In this document: one piece after another, positions 62,461-64,000 of the stretch
Layout: each line of letters begins with the position of its first letter
How positions within the stretch are numbered: position 1 is the stretch's first letter
Source: the human T2T-CHM13v2.0 reference genome, Homo sapiens
DNA length: 64,000 nt
Reading direction: 5' to 3' (one strand)
Assembly: GCF_009914755.1 (NCBI RefSeq)
Contig: NC_060935.1
The notes under the pieces: model-generated
What the model was told of the DNA's origin: nothing
Database searches by the model: none
The model's input: only the letters and a program-made list of their open reading frames with translations
Program-made: the position numbers and the translations under genes

Positions 62461-64000
62461 CCTGCCACTGCTGGTACGACTGCCCGACTTCTGCCTTCCA
62501 GTTGCTGCCACTCTGTCCTCCTGCCCTCCGTGCCTTGACCCTGCTCTGATGAGAAGGCACCTGAATCTCTCCTCTGGGCCACATGGGCACCTGGCTATGT
62601 GCTCAGGCTTCTGGCCAATCCCTGTCCCCAAGCAGAGGAAGCTAGAGCGCCTCCACCAGGTGTGAATTGAACCCAACTTCCCTCCTGCTCTTTTCCGATT
62701 GTCCTGCTAGGCAGAAAGTTTCCCTGCCAGGCCCGCTGTTGTTTGTATTGACAGCACCAGCCACCTTTTCCTTCCAGCGGCTCCCCATGCTGGGCGGCTG
62801 GGGAGTTGGCCTTTTGCTAGGAGAGGGAGCTGTGATGCCCTCAGAGGCATCTGCCCACCCCCTCGGGAATCTGACATTTTGTCTGCACCAGGGCAGGGGC
62901 CTCTCTGCTGACGGGGCCTGTCCCAGCTGTCCTAGTGCTAATCCAGTTTCATTGCACTGGCAGTTGGGCTGGCAAAGCTTTGGTGCAGGATACCCAGCAC
63001 CAAAATAAAAGGCACCTGGCATTTGTGTGTGGGGGAGAGAGGGGCACTGTGGACACCACTCAGGAGGCGTCCCTTCCCAGCCAGGGTCTAGGAGTCCTTC
63101 TGAGCTCCTTCTGCAAGTAAAGTGGCTGGAAGGGTTTCCTCTCTTCCTGCCTAGCCCAGCCCAGCTGCAGGCTACAGAGTCATCCTCTGCCTTGCCCTGT
63201 GTGGGGACCCTGAACCCCCTCTTACCTGTCAGCCTCTGGGGCAAGCAGAAGGCCCCATGGCCCAGTGCCAGAGCTAAGCCCCTTGGGAGCAGACAAACCA
63301 GGCCTCCCGTGACCTGCTCTTTAACTCAGACAAAAGACTGCCTGACCATTTTGTGGTGTGTTTCTGAAAGCAGAAAGAAACATGCTTGAAGAAGAGCAGT
63401 GAATAAGAATCTCTTTGGGTTGCACGTGCTCCTGGCAGCCCACTGGGAAGAGGAGGCAGCCCAGGCTCTGCACTATCAACAGTTCTGCTGATGGTTCTTA
63501 GCAGCAGCCATCTCCAGCCTTTCCTGCTCTGCCAGGAAAAAGTGAAATGCAAAGAAAAGCAGACGCCGGCCTCCTCTTTTAAGGGTGTTGGGCCGAGCTC
63601 TGGGTGGCTGGACCCCCTCTCAGGAGCCAGGTAAGGGGGAACTCTCTTGGGAGAGGGCTTCTGTGACAGTCCATAAATCCATATTGTTTTGAGCACAAAT
63701 GAACAAGTGATTTAAAATTATCGTAGTCTACTTCAAAACTACTTTTTTTGTTCCTTTTGTGCAACACCATTGGATGCGGATGTTGGACAGTGTGATGTGT
63801 TGGAAAGTTCGCTAACCAGGGTTCTAGAGTCCTGACTGGGTTCTAGAGTCTGGGTTTCTGGAGTCCTTGGGCAAGGCCCCTCCCTTGCTGGATCTATTTT
63901 TTCTTCTGTAAAATGAGAAAGTGTACCTGGGCGATCTCTGGGTTCTTGGAGAAGCACTCCAGCCGAGCGGTTAAGAATGGTGGGCTGCACAGTGCTGGTG

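Overview
Primate (human-like) non-coding genomic DNA, probably part of a large intron or an intergenic interval. I cannot support any intact protein-coding exon; the ORF track is explained by Alu, L1, MaLR and chance frames. A large share of the window is interspersed repeats: about 25 Alu-family elements including a fossil FAM monomer, plus L2, MIR, L1, MLT/MST LTRs and hAT/mariner DNA elements. The clearest gene-derived feature is a disabled processed pseudogene of Elongin C (ELOC/TCEB1) on the minus strand at 52898-53496. It sits in the 3' LTR of a full-length MST MaLR provirus, which itself splits an AluJ. A second multi-layer nest at about 12.1-19.6 kb (L2 > old L1M > L1MB > L1PA15/16-like > MSTA, AluY, Hsmar1 solo TIR) contains a convincing L1 3' transduction. 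Unique DNA contains a perfect 24-bp inverted repeat (24185-24247), a candidate + strand non-coding exon (9414-9589) and several homeodomain-motif-rich blocks that look like enhancers. I found no evidence for a new biological system. Repeat subfamily names come from recalled consensus sequences, and boundaries of old repeats are approximate.
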